Positions 33,830-46,209 of a stretch of 53,769 nucleotides of DNA are shown here, one piece after another. Each line of letters opens with the position of its first letter. The stretch's first letter is position 1. Source of the DNA: Octopus bimaculoides (taxonomy: Eukaryota). The notes under the pieces are model-generated. The model made no database searches, had not been told where the DNA came from, and saw only the letters and a list, made by a program, of their open reading frames with translations. The translations under genes were made by a program, and so were the position numbers. The DNA is taken from positions 18,558,254 to 18,612,022 of the forward strand of contig NC_068998.1 in NCBI RefSeq assembly GCF_001194135.2. Reading direction: 5' to 3'.

Positions 33830-35460
33830 TGTGTCTTAAGACACTTGTTTGGCTGCCTCACGGCAGTTTTGTTGACGCTTTCCCCCTTGTTTGAAGTGGG
33901 TAGCACAGATGTGAAAAATGGAATATGACAATCTGAGTTCTTCGGAATTCACAACTTCCGAGGAAGAATTACTGAGAGTAATCTGTGGTGGACAAGAAAG
34001 AAGAAAAAATGAATTTTGCGATCGTGGCCAAAAGAAACAATGAAGAAATTAATGTAAATATGGAGGAACTTGGAATATGCTTCGTACAGAGGGGTACAAC
34101 GTAAAAGTGACTCCTCCCCCAAGAAGTGACAAGGAAAACAAAGGAAAAAGTAATTATTTACAGGATATACAATATAAAATCAAGAAAAATTGAGATGATG
34201 ACAATGAACCAAATTGAAAAGGTGCTAAAACCCATCTGGCAGGGAGTTTTTTTTACCTTGCCAGTGGAAGAAAATTCGGAACAGTGGAGATGAAGCCACT
34301 GCCAGGCAGCTTTCGGCAACCTCCTTGAAGACCGATGAGGCGGTGCTTCTACCCATCTACCTTGGAAGGCGTGCTTCCAGGGTAAGGGTAGAAGACATCC
34401 CCCTGGAAGTAGATGTGGGCTGGCTAGTAGTTGCAGTACTACTAAGCCTCGAAGCGAAGATAGTGGTCCTCTAAGCCACCAGTACAGTACACAAAAATTG
34501 GCAAGGGCAGAGCCTGGATATGGTTATCCAGGCTGCCTTGGAAACCTAGAAAAAATGGTAGAGACCATAATGGTCAATGAGGAAGTGATATTTTGAATTA
34601 GGGTGTAGGGATCCCTCACTGTTACAAGTGTGGCCAAAAAGGCCACATTAGAGTGGAATGTCCTCCACTGTCTGTAAAGACACCTGAGGTACCCGAAAAT
34701 GGAAAAGAAACTGCACCTCCACCGTCGATGAGAACCAATGGGAGAGAGCTCAGCACTGAGGAAGGAGAAAACCGAGGATGGATGGGAAACTGCAGGAAAG
34801 AGGAGAAAAAAGGCACAAACTATTAATGATGACCCCCATCCCACAACCACCAACTCCCACCCAGACCCACTCTGCTCCATCTTTCCCCTGCAAACACCAA
34901 CCCTCACCCTGTCCACCTAACACTGATAAATTGGCAACAGACACACAAGAGCCCCTAAATTCCCAACCCCCACCCTGTGGAAAAAAGGTATTGTTTTTTT
35001 ACAATGCAACACATGCCAAGCTATGTAGGGAAATAAGCAGTTGTGGCGAACTGAAAAGGTAAGTACTGAGGAGTGTGGGGAGGTGGCCTCACGCTTTGAA
35101 TGTGTAATAACAGACCCCCAAAACACACCAAGACTGATCGAAAAATACAGGAATAATATCGTTACCGGTGAAAGGAAAATTGATACCAGGGCAATACCAT
35201 TAATGTTAAGTCGCTACGAACTTTTGAGAGACTATAACATAGACATTTCTGTTTTCAATTAGGTTGTTGCAAAAGACTTAATAAGAGAAAAAAAATGTTT
35301 TTAACAAGTATAAATAAAGTTGCTTGGATGTGGGGTCGAGTGGCTTCATTCCACTTTCATTTTCATTATTTAATCTATCCTTTTCCCATTCGTTTTTTTG
35401 TTCCCACTTTGTGTGTCTGTCTGCCCTTGTACGTCCCCTGTGGGCAATAAAGAGATCAGA
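33830..35460 (+). mobile_element. LINE ORF1-like element (CCHC knuckle) with 3' tail but no ORF2
   Basis: Frameshifted ORF from ATG 33918 (MEYDNLSSSEFTTSEEEL) through YLGRRASRVRVEDIPLEVDVGWL, with knuckle CYKCGQKGHIRVEC at 34620-34661, to a stop at 35262. Tail cccctgtgggcaataaaga at 35435-35453. Confidence 0.72.
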
Positions 35461-35589
35461 AATCAGAATGTGAAGCCTCTGGCATTTCAACGTGCTATAT
35501 TTTTTTCTGGAGTTGGACGTTTTTCACTGTGAGTAAAATTATGAGTTAAATTATTATCGCTAATACAGTTGTCCCACCTATTTTGTGTC

Positions 35590-36190
35590 TAGCGACACTT
35601 TGTTTTGCTGCCTGTGACAGTGTTGTTGACGCTTTCCCCCTTGTTTGAAGGGAAAAACATGATATGGAAATGAAATACGATAGTGTTAGCTCCTCAGACT
35701 TGACGTCTGAGGAGGAAGAGTTGAAGCGATTGATGACCATTGATGAAGCAATGGAAGGGAAGAAGAATTTCGCAGAAGCAGCAAAAGGAAAAGGTGAAGA
35801 TGTGTGTATTGAGAGAGAAGAACTAGAAAAATTCAAGGGAATTTTAAAGAGGGAGAGGAACGTAAAGGTGTCCCCTCCTAGTGAGACTACTAAGCGAGTA
35901 AAGGAGAGAACAATAATATACAGGACGTACAGCCTGAAATTGCAGAGAATCGAAACTGCAAATAGGGCTCAAGTAGAGAAGGCGTTGCGACCAATCTGGC
36001 AAGAAATAAAGTACTTTGCCAGAGGCAGAAGTTATGCGACAGTGGAGGTGCGGTTTGCAAAGGAAGACTTGGCCAGGCAGCATCCCGTAATCTTCCTCAA
36101 AATATACAAGTTGGTCCTTCTACCTGTTTATATATATACAGATATAGGGCAGGGAATATCGCCATCCGTTAGAGAAAAAATTATAGCTTA
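35590..36190 (+). mobile_element. Second, diverged 5' copy of the same ORF1 element
   Basis: Shares the 5' UTR gttgacgctttcccccttgtttgaag. ORF MEMKYDSVSSSDLTSEEEELKR..NVKVSPP..IIYRTY..QVEKALRPIWQ is homologous to copy 1. Confidence 0.75.
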
Positions 36191-36990
36191 GAATCAGTAG
36201 TTCTTTGACTGCTATTTCTAAATTTTCAGTATGTTGGTGAAGCAACTCATGCTGACCCCTATATATTTATGTTTATATATATATATATATATATATATAA
36301 CGTTGACCACTAACGTGGACATTCAATGTGCTAGAAATAGATCACATCTTGTGTCTACTAAGACCTAAATTGTTCTGAAAACAAAATTTAGCGGAATACC
36401 AAAGCGTAAGCGGGCAAGACATTTAAAATTACCGAAAAAAATCATTANNNNNNNNNNNNNNNNNNNNNNNNNNNNNNNNNNNNNNNNNNNNNNNNNNNNN
36501 NNNNNNNNNNNNNNNNNNNNNNNNNNNNNNNNNNNNNNNNNNNNNNNNNNNNNNNNNNNNNNNNNNNNNNNNNNNNNNNNNNNNNNNNNNNNNNNNNNCG
36601 GTTTCGAAATTAACAATCTTACCGACTGTCTGTTTCTCTTCAGCCTGATTCGTAATGTAACCATAATCCTCAGAACCCTATACAAAGTTGCCCACCGTCA
36701 TAGGTGCACGTGTATGTGGTTCTGTTAAATACAGCTTAATGGTAAAATTCAAAAGTCTTCGTTTTGGCGCGCTAATTCCAGGAATATGTCTGCAGAAAAT
36801 ATTTACTGCGTCGCATATATCCAGTTTGAGAACTTGGTTATGGTTAATACATTAAAACATAGGGCAAAAAATCATATATTAATTAATATCGATTAATTAC
36901 CAGGAAGCTAGCACATTTAAAGAATCAAAGAGATTCAGAAACAATATCTGCAATCTCAGATTTGTGGGTTCCAAGCAGAGAGAATATATA

Positions 36991-37648
36991 TGTAAGAACG
37001 ACCGTGCGAACTCAAAAAGGAGAAATGGTGACGAATGGAAAAACAGAGGACTCCTTTTATTTAAACGCGTCGCACGGCCGAACACACAATAATATATCAA
37101 ATATGATATACATGATATGTTATACTACGATAACATAGATGACCAGTAATGAAAGACCACAACCGTATTAGATGAATAACAGAGATATTTATTATAGCGT
37201 TAAAGATGTATGTATATGTGAGAGTGTGAATGCGACAAAAAGAACATAATCAAAGACAGGCCGTCGTACAAAGAAAAGTATGTATGTGAGTGATACATGT
37301 ATGTGTATGTGAGATATTACAGCAGATAGAAAGAGAGTCATTAACACGTGAGCATTTATACCAGTTCTTGAGTACACAATTGGAAGAGTCTGTATGTGAA
37401 GGGAGTTGAGGCTGTGAGTGTGGTAGGGCTGATCACTAGTTGTGATGTGGTGGCTTCCATGCCGGGCCGTGATTCTTGTTATACAGATGTTCGTCGTTCG
37501 TCGCTGGCTGAGATCTCTTATCTGTTTATCGTGGTGAAGCTAAGTCACCTAACAGAATCGAAGAGAGAGATGTGCCGCGGTGGTTTAGTTTGGTGTACAT
37601 AGTAAGTCGTGTTGACGCTGGTGGTGAAGAGGCTGCTTGGTAGTAATC
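36991..37648 (-). mobile_element. Probable solo LTR (5' end in a gap)
   Basis: The minus strand has TATA-like tataaat, then aataaat and ends ..cgttcttaCA. No PBS follows. Inverted homologue at 41794-42118. Confidence 0.55.
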
Positions 37649-39024
37649 NNNNNNNNNNNNNNNNNNNNNNNNNNNNNNNNNNNNNNNNNNNNNNNNNNNN
37701 NNNNNNNNNNNNNNNNNNNNNNNNNNNNNNNNNNNNNNNNNNNNNNNNNNNNNNNNNNNNNNNNNNNNNNNNNNNNNNNNNNNNNNNNNNNNNNNNNNNN
37801 NNNNNNNNNNNNNNNNNNNNNNNNNNNNNNNNNNNNNNNNNNNNNNNNNNNNNNNNNNNNNNNNNNNNNNNNNNNNNNNNNNNNNNNNNNNNNNNNNNNN
37901 NNNNNNNNNNNNNNNNNNNNNNNNNNNNNNNNNNNNNNNNNNNNNNNNNNNNNNNNNNNNNNNNNNNNNNNNNNNNNNNNNNNNNNNNNNNNNNNNNNNN
38001 NNNNNNNNNNNNNNNNNNNNNNNNNNNNNNNNNNNNNNNNNNNNNNNNNNNNNNNNNNNNNNNATATATACACACACACTTTATTTGTGGGTTCCAAGCA
38101 AGAATAATTATCCACCAATGCAGTTTTGTTAATTTGATTTTCGTTGCAGTTCTTTGTAGAATTCAATCCGGTCACTAAAAAAGTGAAAAGGTTCTTTCGT
38201 TTAAGTCAAAACAAGACAGCTCGTGCATGTGTGTGTGTGTGTGTGTGTGTACTTACGCTTGAAATAGTTAGTTTCACTTGAGATTCGAATAGTGATATAC
38301 TCCAAAAATGGTTGCTGTTGTGGGTAAACAGCAATATTGTAACCAAGCATATCTAATGTCAGATTGTGGTAGTGGGTGTGTTAACTTAGAGAAAATGTTT
38401 AATTTTCGCTTCTCAAATCACAGCCAGAACATTCGAGAGCTTTCTGTGTGGAAAGTATGGGACTGATGCAGAATCGCACCTCTCATTGAAAAAAGCAATT
38501 TTTTGAAAAAATTTCCTCGGATTCCTACGTTTTTAGATGTTGGAGATTACGAATCAGCCAAAAAAGAAAAAAAAACCCTACCTTTTCAAATTTCACCACT
38601 ACCACCACTACCACCAAATTTGGAACTTTTTCGAATTTTCTTTTAAACCACCTTTTCCAAATTTTAAATCCACACCCCAACCTCCCCTCCCACAAATTTT
38701 CAATTTTTCAAATTCCACCCCAAATTTTAAATTTAGAATTAAAAAAAAATTTTTTTAAAAACCACCTTTACCAAATTTTAAATTCCTATCTCAACATCCC
38801 CTCCTTCAAAATTTAAAATTTTAAACTTTTTCCGAAATGTTTTTCAATCTACATGGAAAAATATGGGGATTTGAACAATATCAAAACAATTTCTACAGTT
38901 TAGCCAAATGAACATAGAGAGTGCACTTGACATACATGCTTTAATGAAATTTCCACACTTCAATATACTACCATACGTTAAGAATCGAAAGTGAAACGAC
39001 GATATCAAATGTATGATCTACAAT

Positions 39025-39730
39025 TTATACATATGGGACGCGATGTAATGCCCAAAAGTGATAAAACGCATTTGTTCCAAATCACTGAGACCACATAAAT
39101 CCAGGTAAATGCTGGTCAATTAGTTGTCTATATGTAGGTCCATTCATAGCCTTAAATTTGGCTTTTGCGTTTGTCCTTCTACAGAGTTCGTAAGGCAACT
39201 GGTAATGGGGTCAATGAACTAATCCGAATGGTTGACACAAAGATAATTGCTTCAGAGATAATTTCTCTGCAATGTTCTTATAGGAACTCCATTTATCAGA
39301 ATGCACCACTAATCCTGGCTCAATTCATTCTTCTATCAATGGCAACAAAGTTTTCTCCTTCCTGTCAGCAATATAAATAAGAAACTTTTTTTTCTGTCAC
39401 ATACAATATCTCCCCAAAATTCATTGCTCTTTTACCAAGGAACCCACGTTGTATTTTCTTTTCGCGAACAATGATTCAACAATTTCGACGATGATGTTGT
39501 GTCCACCTATTTTTGTAGGATTGTTTAGAACTTGGTCAACTGCCACATCTCTGCAAAACTGCATCCAATCTGCAACAGTGTGGTGGCTTTTTATTTCCAA
39601 CTCTTTCATTATAGTTTGATAACTTGCTGAACAAGCTTTTCCACTACCTTCAGCCCACATGTATGTCAGTCCAAATGCTTGCCAAAGCTTAAATTTTGAT
39701 TGTACTCTTACTTGCGTGGAAGTAAAATCT
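39025..39730 (-). mobile_element. Merlin (IS1595/ISXO2-like DDE) transposase pseudogene
   Basis: On the minus strand: [78 protein letters not shown]; VNHSD*FIDPIT..TNSVEG; HLPGFMW. Confidence 0.9.
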
Positions 39731-39732
39731 CA

Positions 39733-39870
<138 letters not shown>

Positions 39871-40112
39871 TACATATATATATATATTTATATATGTACG
39901 TATACAAACACACACGTGTGCGTGGTACTTTTTATTTTTATTCGATATAAAAGTACAAAAGTTATTCAAGAGCCGAGTGTTTCGTACATAGCACAGATCA
40001 AACATGTGTCATGTACGAAATTCTCGCCCCTTGAGTTAATTTGTAACTTTATGCTGATTAAAAATGTTTAATATTTCTCCTGTTTGTTCTATCAAATACG
40101 CGCGCACGCACG

Positions 40113-40152
<40 letters not shown>

Positions 40153-40289
40153 ACGAAGAATACATATTGCCTACATCAAACCCAAAAGTGGTGCCACCCC
40201 CATAAAGGTACCGCCCGAGGTGGACCGCTCCTTCCACCCCACTCTAGCTACGCTAGTGGTGCATATCCCGCAATACCAATAATATTTAT

Positions 40290-40675
40290 AAGAATTATGA
40301 CCTCTCCAAAGACCTACGATAAATACATCACCCACAAGGCTATGCCAAAAGAGGAGATATCAACTAAGGATGTCTCTAAACCACGTTGTGACAGAAAATG
40401 TCGATTAAGTCATGCCAATGTGGAAGATATCACTCATATATATATATCACCAGCTGCACTAAAATGCCCGTAAGATACTGCTTTCTCACGAAACATGACA
40501 TTGTCGTCAAAATCATCTATAACGCTGTGCGTAGGAAGGATTGTCCTGATGGCCATACAAAAGGCTCTCCTGAACATAATGTATCTGCAGTCTTAAACAT
40601 AAAACATATTAGCGGGACATTCCAACAAAAATGTCAACTCGGTGTAAACTAAATAGGCCAGATTCCCAGTCTTTG
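40290..40675 (+). mobile_element. RLE-type non-LTR retrotransposon (R4/Dong/NeSL-like) C-terminal fragment
   Basis: CRLSHANVEDITHI..SCTKM..YCFLTKHDIVVKIIYNAVR (CCHC finger plus RHD-like), then Y*RDIPTKMSTRCKLNRPD (PD of the restriction-like endonuclease). Confidence 0.75.
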
Positions 40676-41793
40676 TCAACTAAATGAAAACTACCTTTCA
40701 ACACCACCATATCTTTACAACATCTCAGAACACTATTACAACATTACAAAAACATCTATCTCATTCAGCCTATACAAGCAATAGGCATACATGCTGCTCT
40801 TATATCCGGGCAATAGATTTTCAATTGTATCTATTATTATTTAAATGTTTTGGGTTATGTAATGTAGTGAAACTACCTATCGCCATTAGATACAAAACTG
40901 CTATCGCCATTCTTCTCATTTAAATATAAACAAGCGCGGGCGTAGCGGAGAACCCATTTCCTTGTCATCACGTGACTGATTAATATTCGAAGCGGCAACT
41001 TCTTCGAACCGTTCCCGCCAGAACGCAAACTGACCAATCACAGCCCTTAATAAGGTCACGTGATAGTGTTTTTCTACTACCGTCTTGGAGCCCCCTGAAT
41101 GCTTTAAATAGAGCAACTCATACCCAGCAAATTTGTCTCGGTTCAGTTTCTCTTTGAGATCTGTTCCATGTACCACACGACAGCAGCAGCAGCGGCAGCC
41201 ANNNNNNNNNNNNNNNNNNNNNNNNNNNNNNNNNNNNNNNNNNNNNNNNNNNNNNNNNNNNNNNNNNNNNNNNNNNNNNNNNNNNNNNNNNNNNNNNNNN
41301 NNNNNNNNNNNNNNNNNNNNNNNNNNNNNNNNNNNNNNNNNNNNNNNNNNNNNNNNNNNNNNNNNNNNNNNNNNNNNNNNNNNNNNNNNNNNNNNNNNNN
41401 NNNNNNNNNNNNNNNNNNNNNNNNNNNNNNNNNNNNNNNNNNNNNNNNNNNNNNNNNNNNNNNNNNNNNNNNNNNNNNNNNNNNNNNNNNNNNNNNNNNN
41501 NNNNNNNNNNNNNNNNNNNNNNNNNNNNNNNNNNNNNNNNNNNNNNNNNNNNNNNNNNNNNNNNNNNNNNNNNNNNNNNNNNNNNNNNNNNNNNNNNNNN
41601 NNNNNNNNNNNNNNNNNNNNNNNNNNNNNNNNNNNNNNNNNNNNNNNNNNNNNNNNNNNNNNNNNNNNNNNNNNNNNNNNNNNNNNNNNNNNNNNNNNNN
41701 NNNNNNNNNNNNNNNNNNNNNNNNNNNNNNNNNNNNNNNNNNNNNNNNNNNNNNNNNNNNNNNNNNNNNNNNNNNNNNNNNNNNNNNNNNNNN

Positions 41794-42118
41794 GTATCAC
41801 TCACATACATACTTTTCTTTGTACGACGGCCTGTCTTTGATTATGTTCTTATATGTCGCATTCACACTCTCACACAGACATACACTTTAATGCCACAATA
41901 AATATCTCTGTTATTCATTTCATACGGTTGCCTTCTATAGTCTTCATTACTGGTATTTACGAATTCACATATGTTATCGTAGTATAACATATTTGTATAT
42001 CATCATTGATATATTATTTTGTGTGTTCGACCGTGTGACGCGTTTAAATAAAAGGAGTCCTCTGTTTTTTCCATTCGTCACCATTTCTCCTTTTTGAGTT
42101 CGCACGGTCGTTCTTACA
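41794..42118 (+). mobile_element. Probable solo LTR, 3' part (5' part in a gap)
   Basis: Reverse complement of 36991-37294. Has aataaa at about 41897 and ends cgttcttaCA. Confidence 0.55.
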
Positions 42119-42694
42119 GTAACAACAGATTTCCTAAAAATCCTGCAGCTCTTCAAACAAGAACGATGCAAACTAATTCGCTTCCTACAGATACAATTGA
42201 TTAAAGCTTTCCAGGGATTCTCCTTTTGAGGCTCTTAGGCCGAACACATACATACACACTATTACACACATACACATGTAATACGCATGCGCGTACGCAC
42301 ACACAAACAGTAATGAAGCACACAAACCTATGTACTAAGTGAGATGGACACCCACAACCAAGTACAAGTTATCCGCATACGCACATACATACACGCGCAC
42401 GCACACACACACACATGCATACACCAGTTAATTCAAATAACTGCACTCCAAGAGCATGTCTTGACTTAAACAGAAGAGTCTTTACACAATGTGTGTGTGT
42501 GTGTGTGAAAAAAAAAAGCAGTTGTTGTTCTAACAGCGATTTTCGTTTTCAGCATGCAAAACTATAAAACTATAAAACAATCTGGTGACAATTTGAAATA
42601 TTTCAAGTGGTTGGAAGAAATTTAAGATTATAACGAAGATCCCTCACATTTTCTGATCATAAAACGAAAGAATGTTCCAGTGAGGTTGTTTCAG

Positions 42695-42735
<41 letters not shown>

Positions 42736-43427
42736 NNNNNNNNNNNNNNNNNNNNNNNNNNNNNNNNNNNNNNNNNNNNNNNNNNNNNNNNNNNNNNNNN
42801 NNNNNNNNNNNNNNNNNNNNNNNNNNNNNNNNNNNNNNNNNNNNNNNNNNNNNNNNNNNNNNNNNNNNNNNNNNNNNNNNNNNNNNNNNNNNNNNNNNNN
42901 NNNNNNNNNNNNNNNNNNNNNNNNNNNNNNNNNNNNNNNNNNNNNNNNNNNNNNNNNNNNNNNNNNNNNNNNNNNNNNNNNNNNNNNNNNNNNNNNNNNN
43001 NNNNNNNNNNNNNNNNNNNNNNNNNNNNNNNNNNNNNNNNNNNNNNNNNNNNNNNNNNNNNNNNNNNNNNNNNNNNNNNNNNNNNNNNNNNNNNNNNNNN
43101 NNNNNNNNNNNNNNNNNNNNNNNNNNNNNNNNNNNNNNNNNNNNNNNNNNNNNNNNNNNNNNNNNNNNNNNNNNNNNNNNNNNNNNNNNNNNNNNNNNNN
43201 NNNNNNNNNNNNNNNNNNNNNNNNNNNNNNNNNNNNNNNNNNNNNNNNNNNNNNNNNNNNNNNNNNNNNNNNNNNNNNNNNNNNNNNNNNNNNNNNNNNN
43301 NNNNNNNNNNNNNNNNNNNNNNNNNNNNNNNNNNNNNNNNNNNNNNNNNNNNNNNNNNNNNNNNNNNNNNNNNNNNNNNNNNNNNNNNNNNNNNNNNNNN
43401 NNNNNNNNNNNNNNNNNNNNNNNNNNN

Positions 43428-43787
43428 CGGACTCGTGGTCATAGGATCGCGGTTTCGATTCCCAGACCAGGCGTTGTGAGTGTCTATTGAGCGAAAACAC
43501 CTAAAGCTCCACGAGGCTCTGACAGGGGATGGTGGCGAACCCTGCTGTACTCTTTCACCACAACTTTCTCTCACTCTTACTTCCTGTTTCTGTTGTGCCT
43601 GTAATTCAAAGGGTCAGCCTTGTCACACTGTTTGACGCTGAATATCCCCGAGAACTACGTTAAGGGTACACGTGTCTGTGGAGTGCTCAGCCACTTGCAC
43701 GTTAATTTCACGAGCAGGCTGTTCCGTTGATCGGATCAACTGGAACCCTCGACGTCGTAAGCGACGGAGTGCCAACAAAAACAACAG
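43428..43787 (+). mobile_element. SINE family C (head cut by a gap)
   Basis: Near-identical to 28161-28545 and 53383-53755. Confidence 0.92.
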
Positions 43788-44009
43788 CATGTCTGTCACT
43801 TCTGTTTATTTGTTTAGCATGTCTGTCGTTTCTCAGTTTATATATTGTGAGTAAGGTCGAGCGACTGCCATCTCTAGCCGGAAGTTATCCAGTATGTTTG
43901 TCTCTGAATGACGCCAGATGTTGTGTATGCCCTTCCTTGAACAACATTACATAAGAACATAGAAGAATCACAGATGTATGAAACTTCAGTTCAGACTGTC
44001 TCTTTTCAA

Positions 44010-44905
44010 CAAGAGTTTAGCAGTTGCCATTTTCGCAAACATAACGTATAAGGGATAACCTTGACGGAGGGACCGCATGATCTATGTGGTTCCAATAAGT
44101 GATCATTCACCCCACCATCGAGTGTCACCGTGGACCGAAAGCAGCTGTAAAAAGAGTACCAGGAATTGGTGATCCATCTGTTAGAAAGATTTTGATCAAT
44201 ATAAATTGGTCAGGTCTCCACCCAACAGGTTCTTTACCCACCCTCACTATGATGTGTCGAATGAGGTGGAGGTTGTTGTGGATAGATTTGTCCAAGATGG
44301 CGTATGTTTGTGCATCGTCAATTCTACCATCGATGACAAGTGCTAACTTCTTTGCTAACACCTTGGCCAAAATTTCGAAATTTGCATTAAACAGAGTTAT
44401 GGGCCGAAAATTATCAATGTGTTCATTTTTATTTGGGCCTTTCTTAGCTTCTTGACTCACACAAGGGGGAATTCATGAGTTTTGTCTCCGTTTGCAGCAG
44501 ATATCTACCAAAAGTTCTCTAAACAAGTCTGAAATATAAAAACAGAGCTCGTAGGACTGATCATCTAAACCAGGCTATTTACCTGCCCCCTTCGTGCAGC
44601 CAACCATCGCATCCTCTATATCCGCGTTTGTTATCGGGTTTTCGCGACACTCAGCCTCGCTGCAAAGATAGGCACGCTGTTGAGGTTGGCTGTGGTATCT
44701 ATCCTGCGTTTCGTCAGCCAGTCATCCAGAACAGTTGAGCAAAGTGCTGTCGAAATTTCCAAATACCTGCTTAGGGTCAAGTAACATGCGCCCATTTTGG
44801 TCTGTCAAAGACCAAATTGTGGCTTTGTTGTTATCTTGCACCTCGACCACTCGGGTCCATCGAATGGTTTTTGAACTGTGGTGTCTTAGATCACGCGCCT
44901 TCACT
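44010..44905 (-). mobile_element. L1/Tx1-clade ORF2 RT-region fragment
   Basis: On the minus strand: GK*PGLD..YEL; KKGPNKNEHIDNFRPITLFNANFEILAKVLAKKLALVIDGRIDDAQTYAILDKSIHNNLHLIRHII. Confidence 0.85.
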
Positions 44906-44994
44906 CTGATTATAGTGGTTAAAATATATGATTGTAAACGGATTTATGACGTTATATATGTTTGTTTGTATACATACATACATACATACATACT

Positions 44995-45315
44995 ACTGGC
45001 GCTCCATCAAATACGACGAGTAGCGTTCCAGCTGATCCGATCAATCGAACAGCCTGCTCGTGAAATTAATGTGCAAGTGACTGCTCACTCTACAGACACG
45101 TGTAACATTAGCGTAGTTCTCAAGGAAATTCAGCGTGACAGATTGTGACAAGGCTGACCCTTTGAAATACAGGTACAACTCATTTCTGATAGCTGAGTGA
45201 ACTGGAGCAACGTGAAACAGTGTTTAGCTCAAGGACACAATGCGCTGCCAGGTATCGAACTCACACCCTTACGATCGTGAGTCGAATACCTCTAACCACT
45301 AAGCCATGTGCTTTC
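44995..45315 (-). mobile_element. SINE family D (a decayed copy follows at about 45560-45780)
   Basis: Collinear with 16265-16595. Confidence 0.85.
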
Positions 45316-45972
45316 ACACACACACGAGCGCGCGCGCGCGATTAGCTCTACGAAAAACCCATCCTGTTTTTACAGATGATTTTTACAGTTAATTGATATA
45401 TCATCTCGTTTATTTTATGCATGCACACACACACACCACAAACACACATAAACGCGCGCGCTTTCGCGCAGGTGAACCTATAAAGACATGGCTGTCGTTC
45501 CTCTAAGCGTGTATAATGTGGTAACATGAACCATACTTTCGCTAATTGTTTTGTGTATCAATGCAGAGATAGATAACCACTTGCACATCGTACCCTCGAC
45601 ACAGCAGAATATCCAGGATGTGACAGCTGTTGGGTGATAGGGCTGTGCGAGAAAATGACTGGTAGAATAAACTGGAGCAACGCAAAATAAAGAGTCGTGC
45701 TCAAGGATCGGAAGCATCAGCAGGACTAGATATTGAATTCTTTTTGATCGTGAGCTCAACTTATTCGATTTTTCTAGTTGCAGATAACAGAATTTCTTCG
45801 TTGTGGATAACATAGTCTTCAAAATCGTTTGTAAACCTTTCTTGAGATGGTGTCCTGATAAAATTACAAGTGGTTGTGTCACTATTTCATCACAGCTTTT
45901 TTTTTAATGAGTATAACAGATTAAGATATATTTTTCGACTGCTTTCATAAGAATGGATCTTCAGATGAAGGT

Positions 45973-46209
45973 GTTTTTTATTTCTTTACTGCCCACAAGG
46001 GGCTACACACAGAGGGGACAAACAAGGACAGACAAACGGATTAAGTCGATTATATCGACCCCAGTGCGTAACTGGTACTTATTTTATCGACCCCGAAAGG
46101 ATGAAAGGCAAAGTCGACCTCGGCGGAATTTGAACTCAGAACGTAGCGGCAGACGAAATACCGCTAAGCATTTCGTCCGGCGTGCTAACGTTTCTACCAG
46201 CTCGCCGCA
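45973..46209 (-). mobile_element. Full-length SINE family B, tail type 2, 13-bp TSD
   Basis: TSD ttcagatgaaggt at 45960-45972 and 46210-46222. Tail ..gtagccccttgtgggcagtaaagaaata. Confidence 0.92.

Noticed and set aside
36599-36650. Minus-strand CTGAAGA-GAAA...TTTC-GAAACCG, a third hammerhead-like core
   Set aside because: Stem II is only 4 bp around a long loop, and stems III and I would fall in the N gap, so it cannot be supported.
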